This document shows, one piece after another, positions 18,979-28,542 of a stretch of 64,000 nucleotides of DNA. This DNA comes from Polyangiaceae bacterium (GTDB taxonomy: Bacteria > Myxococcota_A > Polyangia > Polyangiales > Polyangiaceae). The stretch is taken from contig CBDCTZ010000012.1 in assembly GCA_965222375.1 (NCBI GenBank), forward strand, positions 576,001-640,000. Reading direction: 5' to 3'. The translations under genes and the position numbers were made by a program. Under the pieces are notes generated by a model. It ran no database searches and was not told where the DNA came from. It saw nothing but the letters and a program-made list of their open reading frames with translations. Each line of letters begins with the position of its first letter. Within the stretch, counting starts at the first letter, position 1.

Positions 18979-21105
18979 ATGAGCGCCGAGCTTGCGCGTG
19001 TCGCCGTAACGGGAGTGGGGATAGTCAGCGCTCTGGGAGGCGACGCTGCCACCAGCGTGCGGAAGTTGCTCTTGGGTGTCCGCGGCACTACCGGAGTCGA
19101 ACTCTTTGGCGTCGAGGGTCATCGCTGTCGGATTGCCGCCCAGGTAGTCGATCTCGATAGCTCCTGCTTCGGATCCCGCTGCGAAGCGATGGCGGTGCGA
19201 GCTGCGCGAGAAGCTCTGGAAGGCGCGGGAGTCTGCGGCGCCGCGGAAATCGGCGTTGCCGTCGGGCTCACCACAGGAGGCATGCCGGAGGCCGAAGCCG
19301 TGCTGGCTGGCGGTGCACGCCTCGATCACGAAACCCAAAGACGGCTCGTTGCATATCCGCTTTCGCGGGTCACGGCGGCCGTTCGGAAGCTGACCTCTGG
19401 CGCCTCCCCCTGTGCTACCCTCTCCAGTGCATGCTCTAGCAGTGCAGCTGCCATCGCCCTTGGCGCTCGTTGGATCGTGTCAGGGACCGCACCCTTCGCC
19501 CTCGTCGGCGGTGCTGAAGCTCTGTGTCGGCTCACGTTTGCCGGATTTGACGCCCTCGGCGCAATGGATGAACAGCCGTGCCGGGCCTTCGATTCGGCTC
19601 GCTCTGGCTTGACCTTGGGTGAGGGCGCGGGCTTCTTGTTGTTGGAGGCCGCCGACAGTGCGGCACGGCGCGGCGCGTGCATCCTGGGCTTTCTCGACGG
19701 TTGGGCTCTGGGCGCCGAGGCGTTTCATGTGACTCAACCCGAGCCAAGCGGCGAACTTGCTCGAGCACTCATGGTGCGCGCGCTGGATCACGCATGCATG
19801 GAGCCAGCAGAGCTCGACTTGGTAAACGCTCACGGGACGGCAACCCGGCAGAACGATCTCGTCGAGGGTGCGGCCCTGCGTGCGGCTCTCGGGGCGGAGA
19901 CGTCCCGGGTGTTCGTGACGTCGTCCAAGCCGCAAATCGGCCACACCCTAGGAGCCTGCGGAGCGTTGGAGGCTGGGCTTTCGTTGCTTTGCATGCAGGC
20001 GGGCGTGTTGCCGCCCGCGGTCGGGCTGGAGACCCCAGATCCCGAGATCCCCCTCCGCTTCTGCGCGGCTGAGTCCACGGAGACGCCGATTCGCTCCGTG
20101 TTGTCTACGTCCCTGGGGTTCGGCGGGGCAGGGGCGGCACTCGTGTTTCGAGCGGCTGATTCGTCCTCGCCGCCTGCGGTCTCCACTCCACGGCGCCGGG
20201 CATACCTGCGCGCGGTCACCTCCTTGACTGCACTTGGCGTACTGCACGACGGCGAACACGACGCTCCCTGCTCGGACGCCACTGAGCGAAGGATTGCCCT
20301 TGACCCGGCCCGGTGCCGGCGTTTTGACGAGGCGAGTTCGAAAGTGTCGTTTGCGGTGGAACGGCTTTTGGCGCGGACGTCCGCGCTGCCTCGAGACACC
20401 GGGCTGGTGTGCGCCAACGCGTATGGCAATGTCTCGCGGAGCGTCGCCTTCCTCCGGCGCCTGTTCGAGCGGGGACGCCGCGCGGTCCGCCCCGCCGACT
20501 TTCCTCACCTCGTTCCCGGAGCGCTCGCTGGAAATGCTAGTATTTATAACGGGTTATGTGGACCGGTCCTCGGCTGTGCCGATCGCAGCGCAGGAGCCGA
20601 GCTAGCCCTGGAGATTGCGGCGACCTTGGTGCAAGGGGGGGACGCGGAGCAGATCATTGCCGGCGCGGTGGAAACCGGAGACAGCATCGTCGACGAAGCG
20701 TTGCCGCCTGCGTTGGGCGACGCCTCGGATTCCGGTAGCCGAGACGTCGCCGGGTTTGGTCTGGTCGTTTCCGAGCCCGTTGGTGCTTTGGCCGAAATCG
20801 CGGACACGTTCTGCGCTCTCAGCGGCGAATCACTGCTGCTGCCGGCTCCGAGCGCGCCCGCGCGGGCGCGCGTGTATTCTGCCCTTGACTCGGCTGCTTT
20901 AGCTCGCGCTTGCGCGAGTACGGGTTGGGAGGGCATTGCCCGGATAGGAATGCCGAAGCTGGTACGTGGCGATGCCGCATCGGCGTACCTGATGTGCTTG
21001 GCGGCTTCGCACTTGTTTGCGGAGCAAGTCGACGAAGCGCTGCTCGTGAGCGTCGGGGACGACGTCACGCGTTGCTGTCGTTTGACGCGTGTGGGGTTGC
21101 GATGA
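18979..21105 (+). CDS. Beta-ketoacyl synthase fused to a degenerate KS/chain-length-factor-like domain
   Basis: N-terminal FabF-like domain with SACSS, AHGTAT, GHTLG, SLGFGG; C-terminal ~300 aa with RRFD...PADFPHLVPG...GP and no catalytic triad. Confidence 0.85.
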   Translation: MSAELARVAVTGVGIVSALGGDAATSVRKLLLGVRGTTGVELFGVEGHRCRIAAQVVDLDSSCFGSRCEAMAVRAAREALEGAGVCGAAEIGVAVGLTTGGMPEAEAVLAGGARLDHETQRRLVAYPLSRVTAAVRKLTSGASPCATLSSACSSSAAAIALGARWIVSGTAPFALVGGAEALCRLTFAGFDALGAMDEQPCRAFDSARSGLTLGEGAGFLLLEAADSAARRGACILGFLDGWALGAEAFHVTQPEPSGELARALMVRALDHACMEPAELDLVNAHGTATRQNDLVEGAALRAALGAETSRVFVTSSKPQIGHTLGACGALEAGLSLLCMQAGVLPPAVGLETPDPEIPLRFCAAESTETPIRSVLSTSLGFGGAGAALVFRAADSSSPPAVSTPRRRAYLRAVTSLTALGVLHDGEHDAPCSDATERRIALDPARCRRFDEASSKVSFAVERLLARTSALPRDTGLVCANAYGNVSRSVAFLRRLFERGRRAVRPADFPHLVPGALAGNASIYNGLCGPVLGCADRSAGAELALEIAATLVQGGDAEQIIAGAVETGDSIVDEALPPALGDASDSGSRDVAGFGLVVSEPVGALAEIADTFCALSGESLLLPAPSAPARARVYSALDSAALARACASTGWEGIARIGMPKLVRGDAASAYLMCLAASHLFAEQVDEALLVSVGDDVTRCCRLTRVGLR

Positions 21106-22916
21106 CCGCGGTAGTGGTCGCGGCTGCGACGATCTCTTCCCTCGGGCGTGGAGCGGATGCCGTAGAAGTTGGCGCCGTGGGACAGCACGCCACCAGCCGG
21201 GTGGCGCTGGATGCTGAACTGCGCGACGCTGGCGTGCGCCGGCCCTACGTGGCTCGCGTTCTGCTCGGCCCCGACGCAGCTCCGGACCGCGCCCGCGCGC
21301 TTCTCGATATCGTCAATGCCGATTTGGTGGAGTCCCTCGCGGGCCTCGGGATTACCCTCGACCCCGGTCGAACGCGAATCATCGCCGGTACTAGTTCCGG
21401 CGGCATGTTCAGCTCTGTGCATGCCCTCAACGCCATGGACGCCGGCGCGACCTTGAGCGCCGAACTGGCCCGCTCGGCGAGCTACTTCGGCCCCCTCCAC
21501 AGTTTGAAGGGGCTACCGACGCTCGCCAAGGTGCCCGTGATGCAGGTGTTGTCAGCTTGCGCCTCATCCACGATCGCTCTGGGACTAGGGCTTCGTGCAC
21601 TGCAATTGGGTGACGCGGATATCGTCATCGCTGGTGGCTACGACGCGGTGAGTCCCTTCGTGGCGGCCGGGTTCGATGCTCTCGGCGCCACCTCTCCGAG
21701 GCCGCGTCCGTATCGACGGGACCGGGATGGCTTGGCGTTGGGGGAGGGCGCTGCCTGGCTCGTTCTCACTCGGCCGGGTGGGTCCAGCTGCCTGGGCGTG
21801 TTGGAAGGGTTTTCGATGGCGGCGGACGCGTTTCACGCCACGCAGCCGCATCCTGACGGGTGGGGGCTGACGTCCGCGGCTCGGGGCGCATTGGCGGACG
21901 CTGGCCGCACATCGGTCGATCTCGTCAGTGGCCACGGCACAGCAACGCCCCTCAACGACGAGCGGGAAGCCAAAGCCATCTTGGCCGCCGCGGGCACGTC
22001 GGCGCCGGTGCACGGCTTCAAAGGCGCGGTGGGTCATACCCTGGGAGCCGCCGGTGCGCTCGAGTCTCTCGCGGCTCTGGGCGCCATGCGGCGGGGAGTC
22101 GTTCCAGCCACGGTGGGGCCCGGACCGGTGATCGAGGCGCTGACCGGGCGGGTCTATGAGCAGAATCGGGCCGGCGAGCCTCGCTCGTGCTTGAAGCTGA
22201 GCTCTGCCTTCGGGGGCGCGAACGCGGCGTTGGTTTGGTCGCTAGTGGATGCTGCGCCAAGGGCAGCGCGTCGCGCGGCACCCGTGTACCTCCGACAAGG
22301 CGTCGTTGACAGCTGCACGGCGGAGGTCGCAGCTCACCCGCGGTTGACGGTTTCGGTCGAGTCATTGCAGAGGTTCGACGCGATTTCGCGGATGGCGATC
22401 GCCGCGGCGCTTGCTCTATGCACGGCTCATGCTGCCCCACTACCTAGAGGCAGCGCGGTCGTTCTAGGTAGCACCGGAGCCACCCTCGAAATCAACGCGG
22501 CCTTCGAACGCAAGCGACGAACCCGGGGAGCAGAGCCGCGGCGCTTTCCCGCCACCTCCCCGAATCTCGCACCCTGTGCGGTCAGTATCGCACTCGGCCT
22601 CTCCGGGCCTGCGTTCGCAGTCGGAGGTGGGGACACCGCAGGCGCCGAGGCCGCGACTGCCGCGGCTGACTTGGTGGCTGCAGGAGACGTGCCTGCTGCC
22701 GTAGTGATTGAGTTGGAGTACCCAGGTCCATTTCTGGGCACGCTAAGTGAGGCCCAGGGGAGACCGGCGCCGCGCAAAGGAGCCAGGGTATGCCTTTTTA
22801 GCCAGGAGGGACCGGGCCCAGAACTGGACCGGGTGCGTCTGAGGCGCGCCTGGTCCACCCTCGCGGCGCCCGGCTCGGCGGCCCTGGAGGCCGCTTTGGA
22901 AGCAGCCTGCGCCTGA
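21102..22916 (+). CDS. Second beta-ketoacyl synthase with CLF-like C-terminal domain
   Basis: ATG 21102 (ATGA overlap); SACASS, GHGTAT, GHTLG, SAFGG; C-terminal QRFD...PRRFPATSPN...GP domain. Confidence 0.85.
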   Translation: MTAVVVAAATISSLGRGADAVEVGAVGQHATSRVALDAELRDAGVRRPYVARVLLGPDAAPDRARALLDIVNADLVESLAGLGITLDPGRTRIIAGTSSGGMFSSVHALNAMDAGATLSAELARSASYFGPLHSLKGLPTLAKVPVMQVLSACASSTIALGLGLRALQLGDADIVIAGGYDAVSPFVAAGFDALGATSPRPRPYRRDRDGLALGEGAAWLVLTRPGGSSCLGVLEGFSMAADAFHATQPHPDGWGLTSAARGALADAGRTSVDLVSGHGTATPLNDEREAKAILAAAGTSAPVHGFKGAVGHTLGAAGALESLAALGAMRRGVVPATVGPGPVIEALTGRVYEQNRAGEPRSCLKLSSAFGGANAALVWSLVDAAPRAARRAAPVYLRQGVVDSCTAEVAAHPRLTVSVESLQRFDAISRMAIAAALALCTAHAAPLPRGSAVVLGSTGATLEINAAFERKRRTRGAEPRRFPATSPNLAPCAVSIALGLSGPAFAVGGGDTAGAEAATAAADLVAAGDVPAAVVIELEYPGPFLGTLSEAQGRPAPRKGARVCLFSQEGPGPELDRVRLRRAWSTLAAPGSAALEAALEAACA

Positions 22917-23036
22917 TTTTGTCAGCCACTTGCCCAGTGCTCCCACGTTTGGCAGTGTCCGGCGGGAATGAGATCCTCGTCTGCCGCGTTTCACGCTGGA
23001 GGTCCGCCGCGGTCCGACTGGGTCCGCATTCCGCTC

Positions 23037-23510
23037 ATGCTGCGCTGCATCATTCTGTCTCTGCTCGCGTTCATCACGCTGTCGGGCTGTCAGTCCATGC
23101 TCATCCCCAACACGGATGTCGAGGACACGGACGAGAACCGACGAGTCATCAGTTTCTGCGAAGAGTACCGGCGCGCGGTAGAGCAGCGCAAGGTCGGTTT
23201 GCTCCTTCAGCTGGCCCACCCATCTTACTACGAAGATGGGGGCAACGTGGATGCGACCGACGACATCGATTACGCGGGGCTCAAGACCTACTTGGAAGAA
23301 CGCTTTCGCGAAACCAAAGCAATCCGTTACGAGATCCGCTATCGACGGGTAGGTCAAGGGCGCAAAGACACGGTCTTCGTCGACTTCACTTATTCCGCGA
23401 GCTACAAGATCCCCACGCCTAGCGGCGATGTTTGGCGTCGCACCGTAGCCGACAATCGCATTGAACTTGTCCCACACGACGGCGCGTTCAAAATCGTTTC
23501 TGGCATGTAA
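23037..23510 (+). CDS. Lipoprotein, probable NTF2-like fold
   Basis: Lipobox LSGC; helix-helix-beta-sheet pattern ending FKIVSGM. Confidence 0.7.
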   Translation: MLRCIILSLLAFITLSGCQSMLIPNTDVEDTDENRRVISFCEEYRRAVEQRKVGLLLQLAHPSYYEDGGNVDATDDIDYAGLKTYLEERFRETKAIRYEIRYRRVGQGRKDTVFVDFTYSASYKIPTPSGDVWRRTVADNRIELVPHDGAFKIVSGM

Positions 23511-23638
23511 CGACACGGATTGCGTTGCAAAGCGGCAACCCGGGGCGTTGAAAGCCGTCCTCGTGACGACTGATGACCTGAAATTGGTGAACGGGGCCGC
23601 GTTCTGTCAAACTCCAGGAGTCTTGGAGTCTGGTTGTC

Positions 23639-24556
23639 ATGCGTAAACCGAAAGTTGCCTTTGTCGGCACCGGGGGAGCCGCGCGTGGAATCGCCCACCT
23701 GGGCATACTGAAAGCTTGCGAGGAGCTCGGGATCTATCCAGAGATTTTTGTCGGCGCCAGCGCCGGTGCGATCGTCGGTGCCACCTACGGCCAGGGGATC
23801 CCCCTCGACGTACTCTTGGACGGATACCGCTTGCCCTGGAAGCGACGGCACAAGGGGCCACGCTTCCACATGCGCACATTCTTCGGTGCTCCGAGGTTCT
23901 CAGACCTTCTAGACCCAGGGTATCTGACCTCGGGTGTGTTCTCCGTGAATCGTCTGGAGCGGTATCTGGCCAAGGCGCTGCCCTTGAATGACTTTCGGAA
24001 AGTCGAGAGTCGCATTCTCGTCACTGCAGTGGACATAGATCGCGCGGAGCGGGTCTTGTTCGGCAAAGGGTTCGACGCGGAAACGCCGATCAGTCGGGCT
24101 GTGGCAGCTAGCTGCTGTGTACCCGGGTTGTTCAGGCCTTACGAGATTGGCGGCCGCTACCACTTGGACGGCGAAGTGGCGCGAACGCTCTCCGCTGACG
24201 TCGCAGTGGAAGCCGGTGCAGACGTCGTGATCGTTTCCAACGTCTACCGCCCTGCGGCACAGGGAGGTCGTCGAAGCATGGCGCGGCGCGGACCCCTGCA
24301 AGTCGTCAACCAATCCCTGAACATCCTGCTGACCGAGAAGGAGCGTCGCGGACTGGATCTCTACTCCCGTACTCACCCGCGTTGTCAGTTCATCGATATT
24401 GCGCCAGACATTGGACGCTTTGGCTACTTGAACCGCTTCGCAGCCCGGGCATTGGTCATGCGGGGCTATCGTGCCGCGTTACAAGCCCTGGTGGTCGCCA
24501 AGGAACAGGGCGTTTTCGACATCGCCCGGCCCCGCCACGTCGGGCCGCCCAACTAG
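23639..24556 (+). CDS. Patatin-like phospholipase
   Basis: GGAARGIAHLG oxyanion loop, GASAG nucleophile, ASCCVPGLF, DGE. Confidence 0.9.
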   Translation: MRKPKVAFVGTGGAARGIAHLGILKACEELGIYPEIFVGASAGAIVGATYGQGIPLDVLLDGYRLPWKRRHKGPRFHMRTFFGAPRFSDLLDPGYLTSGVFSVNRLERYLAKALPLNDFRKVESRILVTAVDIDRAERVLFGKGFDAETPISRAVAASCCVPGLFRPYEIGGRYHLDGEVARTLSADVAVEAGADVVIVSNVYRPAAQGGRRSMARRGPLQVVNQSLNILLTEKERRGLDLYSRTHPRCQFIDIAPDIGRFGYLNRFAARALVMRGYRAALQALVVAKEQGVFDIARPRHVGPPN

Positions 24557-24558
24557 GC

Positions 24559-25317
24559 TCAGCGTGCCAGGATGTTGCAGGTGACGCCGTCGAGCTGTCG
24601 GCTCTCGCCACCGTCTACGGGCTTCGCGATCCAGGTTGCGCGGTTGTGTCTGTCTGAAAAGGCGTAGTGAAAGCTGAGGGGCTTGGCGGATGGCAAACCT
24701 GAGGCCACCACCGCTCGCCACGCCGCGGCCAGTGGGCACGCTGGGTCCGGCGCCACCTTGGCAGCTTGGTCGCTCTTCGTCGTGTCCGCCTTCTGGGCGT
24801 CGAGGGTAACCTCCACCACGTAGCGCTCGCTCCCGACCTCTGCCCCTGGTCCGAATCGTCCCTTGGGTTTGGCGAAGGTCGCCACGAGGTTCGAGGATGG
24901 ATCGGGTTTGCCCGAGGACACCGAGGAAATCGTCAAGCTGGTCAGGGCAGCATCGGCATCCCACGCCCGCGCCTTGCGCCAGGCCCTCGCTAGAGACCTG
25001 TCTGCGTCGAAGGATCGCGCCGTGATTTCATTGACGGCGCTCGGCAGGGGCAGAGCGGCGCTGGCCGTTGTCGCAGCTTCGGGTTGGGGCCCCAGCGTCC
25101 AGTACAAGATAGCTACGCCTGCCGTCACAACCGCCGCACCCAACAGGATCACTGGGCCCATGGACTTGGAGGCCTCTTGCGGCCGAGCGGCGACGCCTCG
25201 CCGAGGTTCGGCTCGCCGCTCCGAAAAGTCCGGGAGCATCTCGCCACAGGTCGGGCAGCGACCACCTCCGGTCGATACGAAGCTCTGGCACGCCGGGCAT
25301 TGAGGATGCGCACTCAC
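24559..25317 (-). CDS. Hypothetical membrane-anchored protein with N-terminal zinc ribbon
   Basis: GTG 25317 overlapping the upstream stop; CPACQ...CPTCG, one TM, extracytoplasmic C-terminal domain. Confidence 0.6.
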   Translation of the reverse strand: MSAHPQCPACQSFVSTGGGRCPTCGEMLPDFSERRAEPRRGVAARPQEASKSMGPVILLGAAVVTAGVAILYWTLGPQPEAATTASAALPLPSAVNEITARSFDADRSLARAWRKARAWDADAALTSLTISSVSSGKPDPSSNLVATFAKPKGRFGPGAEVGSERYVVEVTLDAQKADTTKSDQAAKVAPDPACPLAAAWRAVVASGLPSAKPLSFHYAFSDRHNRATWIAKPVDGGESRQLDGVTCNILAR

Positions 25318-25985
25318 GGCAGTTGGAAGTCCTCCACGATTTCTACGACGGTGAATCCCTCGTCTGTAGGCCGCAGTACGAAGTTGACTTCGTCGCCGAA
25401 CAGGCGCGTGCGCCCGACCCGAGGCGTCGCGATGAACACCCTGACCAGCACGTCCTGTCCGTGGATGGCCCGCGGCAGCGTCCTCCCGGGCGACAGGGCG
25501 CCTATGTCTTGGGCGCGATAGGTCTGCACTTCGGCTTCGCGGTACAGAGAGTTCAGGTTTAGCTTGGTGTAGTCGACGCGGGCCATGCGCGTTTGCATGA
25601 AGTGCCGAGCGCGCTGCCGTCCGCCTCTCGGACCTGTGTTGAACCAAGCTTGTTCGTCAATCAACGGTTCCAAGTCGCTGAAGGAGCCTTGGAGCATCGA
25701 CTCGAAGAAGCGCTTGACGATTTGTCGTGCCACCGATGCATCCGGAGGCACCTTTAACTGTGCGATGCCTGCCGTGGTGGCGGCGCTGGACGCTGGGGAG
25801 GGCAGTTCAGAGGTGGGGTCAATCGCGACACCGGGAGCCTTCCGAGGCTCTTCTTCATCGAACTCCGCCGCCGAATCGAACTGCAGCGCCGAGTTCGACG
25901 CGCAACCGCACACGCACAGGACGAGGGTCAGCGCTGTGTGGAGGCGGGTCTCCCGGGAACTAGAGGGGCTCGATGTGCGGGTCAT
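25314..25985 (-). CDS. Hypothetical lipoprotein (start uncertain)
   Basis: Lipobox-like VCGC followed by an NTF2-like alpha/beta region. Confidence 0.6.
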   Translation of the reverse strand: MTRTSSPSSSRETRLHTALTLVLCVCGCASNSALQFDSAAEFDEEEPRKAPGVAIDPTSELPSPASSAATTAGIAQLKVPPDASVARQIVKRFFESMLQGSFSDLEPLIDEQAWFNTGPRGGRQRARHFMQTRMARVDYTKLNLNSLYREAEVQTYRAQDIGALSPGRTLPRAIHGQDVLVRVFIATPRVGRTRLFGDEVNFVLRPTDEGFTVVEIVEDFQLP

Positions 25986-26790
25986 CCGTGCGCGTCAAGG
26001 TGACGATGCACGGTCCGTCCACGCGTGTCCAGTTCGCTGGCACCGTTCCCAGTTCCGACGCAATCAGGGAAAAGCGAGTGCTTTCGATGCTGGGGATGCG
26101 GGTCTTGCGCAGGCCTTCCTCGCCGAGCAGTTCCTCCACGTCGTGGCGGCCGCGCAGGACCCGGTAGCCCATGGTCCCATTGCGATGCACAGCGACCATG
26201 TGCTCGCCATTGGTCACGACAATGTCGCCTCGATTCGGAGAGTGGCCCTCCTCGGCGCTCAAGCGGTCGACCAGAGCGATTGAGGACCTGAGCGCGTGCG
26301 CCACCGCCTCTGGGCCGACCTGTGGCTCGTTCAGGTGGCCGGCGTCGTGCAGGAAGGACAGGAACAGGTAGAAGAACATTTCGCTGTCCGTGTCGCCACG
26401 GACGTTGCGTCTCAAGAACTTGGGCTGAGATTCCAACAGCCGGTCTCTCAGGCGATCAAAACCGACGATGGTTCCAGTCTGAGCGAACAGCCACGAGCGA
26501 TAGCGGAATGGGTGGGTGTTCTCGGTGCGCAGAGCCCCAACTGTGGCGCGGCGCACGTGGCCCAGCAGAATGTCCGTGCGCACGTTCTCGGCGGCTTCGG
26601 TCAGATCAATCTCAGGACGTTCGTCAATGGGCCGCCGACGCAGTAGGACCTCCCCGGATTGGTAGAATCCGATCCCCCAACCCACGGGTTCACCCGGCTG
26701 GGTGGCAATGGTCAGCGTTGGCGCGTGCAAGGCGAGCACTTGGGCGCCCAGGTCCGCCCGGTTGCCTATGAATGCGAACATGCGCGCCAT
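25960..26790 (-). CDS. Class II glutamine amidotransferase-fold protein (YafJ/EgtC-like) lacking the catalytic Cys
   Basis: GWGIGFY, HVRRATVG, ENTHPF, GDTDSE motifs; N-terminus MARMF instead of MCR. Confidence 0.85.
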   Translation of the reverse strand: MARMFAFIGNRADLGAQVLALHAPTLTIATQPGEPVGWGIGFYQSGEVLLRRRPIDERPEIDLTEAAENVRTDILLGHVRRATVGALRTENTHPFRYRSWLFAQTGTIVGFDRLRDRLLESQPKFLRRNVRGDTDSEMFFYLFLSFLHDAGHLNEPQVGPEAVAHALRSSIALVDRLSAEEGHSPNRGDIVVTNGEHMVAVHRNGTMGYRVLRGRHDVEELLGEEGLRKTRIPSIESTRFSLIASELGTVPANWTRVDGPCIVTLTRTDDPHIEPL

Positions 26791-27021
26791 TCAGGTTCTC
26801 CCAAGCTCCAAGGAGCCAGCGACGGTTCTCGATAGCATGATCCGACTTCAGGGGGTTGTCACATGATGCCTGTGAACGTTTAGGTCCTCAGAGCGGTGTA
26901 GACCAGGCTAAAACGAGCCCGCCCTGCCGCAAGCGTCAAGCGTCTTGTCCGTGAGACGCGCGAATGTGCCCAAAGATTCCCCTGTTTTGGGCGTGGCCGC
27001 CAAAAGAGTAGAGTCCCCTCC

Positions 27022-27762
27022 GTGAAACTCGAAGAATTCAAAGAGCAGCTGCTCGAAATCATGGAGGCAAAGCACCATTTTGCATGGCCCGCTTTCACCT
27101 CCGGCAAAGTTCCCCGGGACAGGCTGCATCTGCACTTGGAGCAGGAATACGCAACCTATGTCCGCGACTTTCCGATCCTGGTGGCCCGGGCCTATGTGTG
27201 CTGTCCGATTGCGAGTGTGCGCCGCGAACTCATCGAAAATGTTTATGAAGAGGAGACCGGCGGCTTGGCCGCCGGGCGCCCCCACCCTGAGCTGTTTCTG
27301 GAAGTCCCCCGTGGCCTTGGAATGGACCTGGCCCGTTTCGATCACGTGGAGCTTTTGCCCGAGGCAGCCGAGTACCGCGCCTATCTCGACGCCGTCACAG
27401 CCGAAAAGTGGGACGTTGGCGCGGCCGTCACGACCCTTTTCGTGGAAGGGACCCGCTACGAACGAGGCGAGCTCGATCCGGCTGCGCCGAAACGCCCTGA
27501 GCCACCCCTGAGCGAGCACCCCTTGGTGAAGCACTATGGCCTTCCCGAAGCATCTCTCGCCCTGACCCGTGCCCACCGAAGCGTGGAAGGAGAGCACCGC
27601 GCGGCGGCATGGCGAACGGTATTGGGCTCCGTCGCCGCGGAGCGTCGTGCGGCGGTCATCGAGTCCATGCGTGGCGCACTGGCCGCTTGGCTCCGGTACC
27701 GAGATGGTGTTGCCATCGCATGCGGCGTAGGTCGCGACGAGAGCGAAGGGCGGAGCGGTTGA
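27022..27762 (+). CDS. Heme-oxygenase-like diiron redox enzyme (PqqC/CADD/TenA superfamily)
   Basis: ENVYEEETG..HPELF, FVE, HRSVEGEH metal-ligand pattern. Confidence 0.8.
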   Translation: MKLEEFKEQLLEIMEAKHHFAWPAFTSGKVPRDRLHLHLEQEYATYVRDFPILVARAYVCCPIASVRRELIENVYEEETGGLAAGRPHPELFLEVPRGLGMDLARFDHVELLPEAAEYRAYLDAVTAEKWDVGAAVTTLFVEGTRYERGELDPAAPKRPEPPLSEHPLVKHYGLPEASLALTRAHRSVEGEHRAAAWRTVLGSVAAERRAAVIESMRGALAAWLRYRDGVAIACGVGRDESEGRSG

Positions 27763-28466
27763 GCGCCTTCGTAGCTGGCGCCACGGGCTACACGGGGCGG
27801 GCAGTGGTTCAGCTGCTCTGTGAGCGTGGCCTTGAGGTGATCGCCCATGTACGCCCCGACTCACCGCGCCTGGCTGAACACGAATCGTGGTTCGGTTCGG
27901 TTGGCGCCGTCATGGATGCCACGCCTTGGGAAGCCAGCGCCCTGCAGTGTCGCTTGAAGCAGCTTACCCCGGACCTGGTGTTTGCTCTGCTCGGGACAAC
28001 CAAGGCCCGAGTCAGGGCGTCCAAGCGGGTGGGGGTGCGCGAGAGCTACGAGAGCGTGGATTACGGACTGACTGTGATGTTGCTGCAGGCCGCACTTGCC
28101 TGCGAGCCCCAGCCACGTTTCGTGTATCTGTCTGCCGCTGGGGTCAGCGAAGGCGCCCGGGGAGCGTACCACCGGGCCCGGGTCCGGGCGGAGCGGGAAA
28201 TCACACACTCGGGCATGGCGTATATCCTCGCCCGCCCCAGCTTCATCAGCGGAGACCGCAGCGAGGCCCGGCCCGGTGAGACCATTGGCGCAGCGGTCGC
28301 GGACGCCGCCCTTGGACTGGCGTCGACTCTCGGTGCTCGGCGTTTGGCTGGGCGCTACAAGTCGATGACCGCCCGGCAGCTTGCGCATGGATTGGTTGGC
28401 GCTGCACTTGCGCGTGGGCCACGCGAAATCATCTTGGAAGCGGAAGCGCTTCGCGGCGCGGGCTAG
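27759..28466 (+). CDS. NAD(P)-binding Rossmann protein (CC3/TIP30-like atypical SDR)
   Basis: FVAGATGYTG, LLGTT, VDY, YLSAAG, ARPSFI; TTG start overlaps the upstream stop. Confidence 0.8.
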   Translation: MSAFVAGATGYTGRAVVQLLCERGLEVIAHVRPDSPRLAEHESWFGSVGAVMDATPWEASALQCRLKQLTPDLVFALLGTTKARVRASKRVGVRESYESVDYGLTVMLLQAALACEPQPRFVYLSAAGVSEGARGAYHRARVRAEREITHSGMAYILARPSFISGDRSEARPGETIGAAVADAALGLASTLGARRLAGRYKSMTARQLAHGLVGAALARGPREIILEAEALRGAG

Positions 28467-28542
28467 ACCGCGTAACTGCAGGGTGTGCGGTGGCTCCAGT
28501 CCGCGAATGCGGGCGTGCCAACTTGTGATAGCCTCCGCCACG

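Noticed and set aside
17685..22916. Enoyl-CoA hydratase + ACP + KS as a polyketide beta-branching cassette
   Set aside because: No HMG-CoA synthase homologue; both KS retain the catalytic Cys; the hydratase is divergently transcribed.
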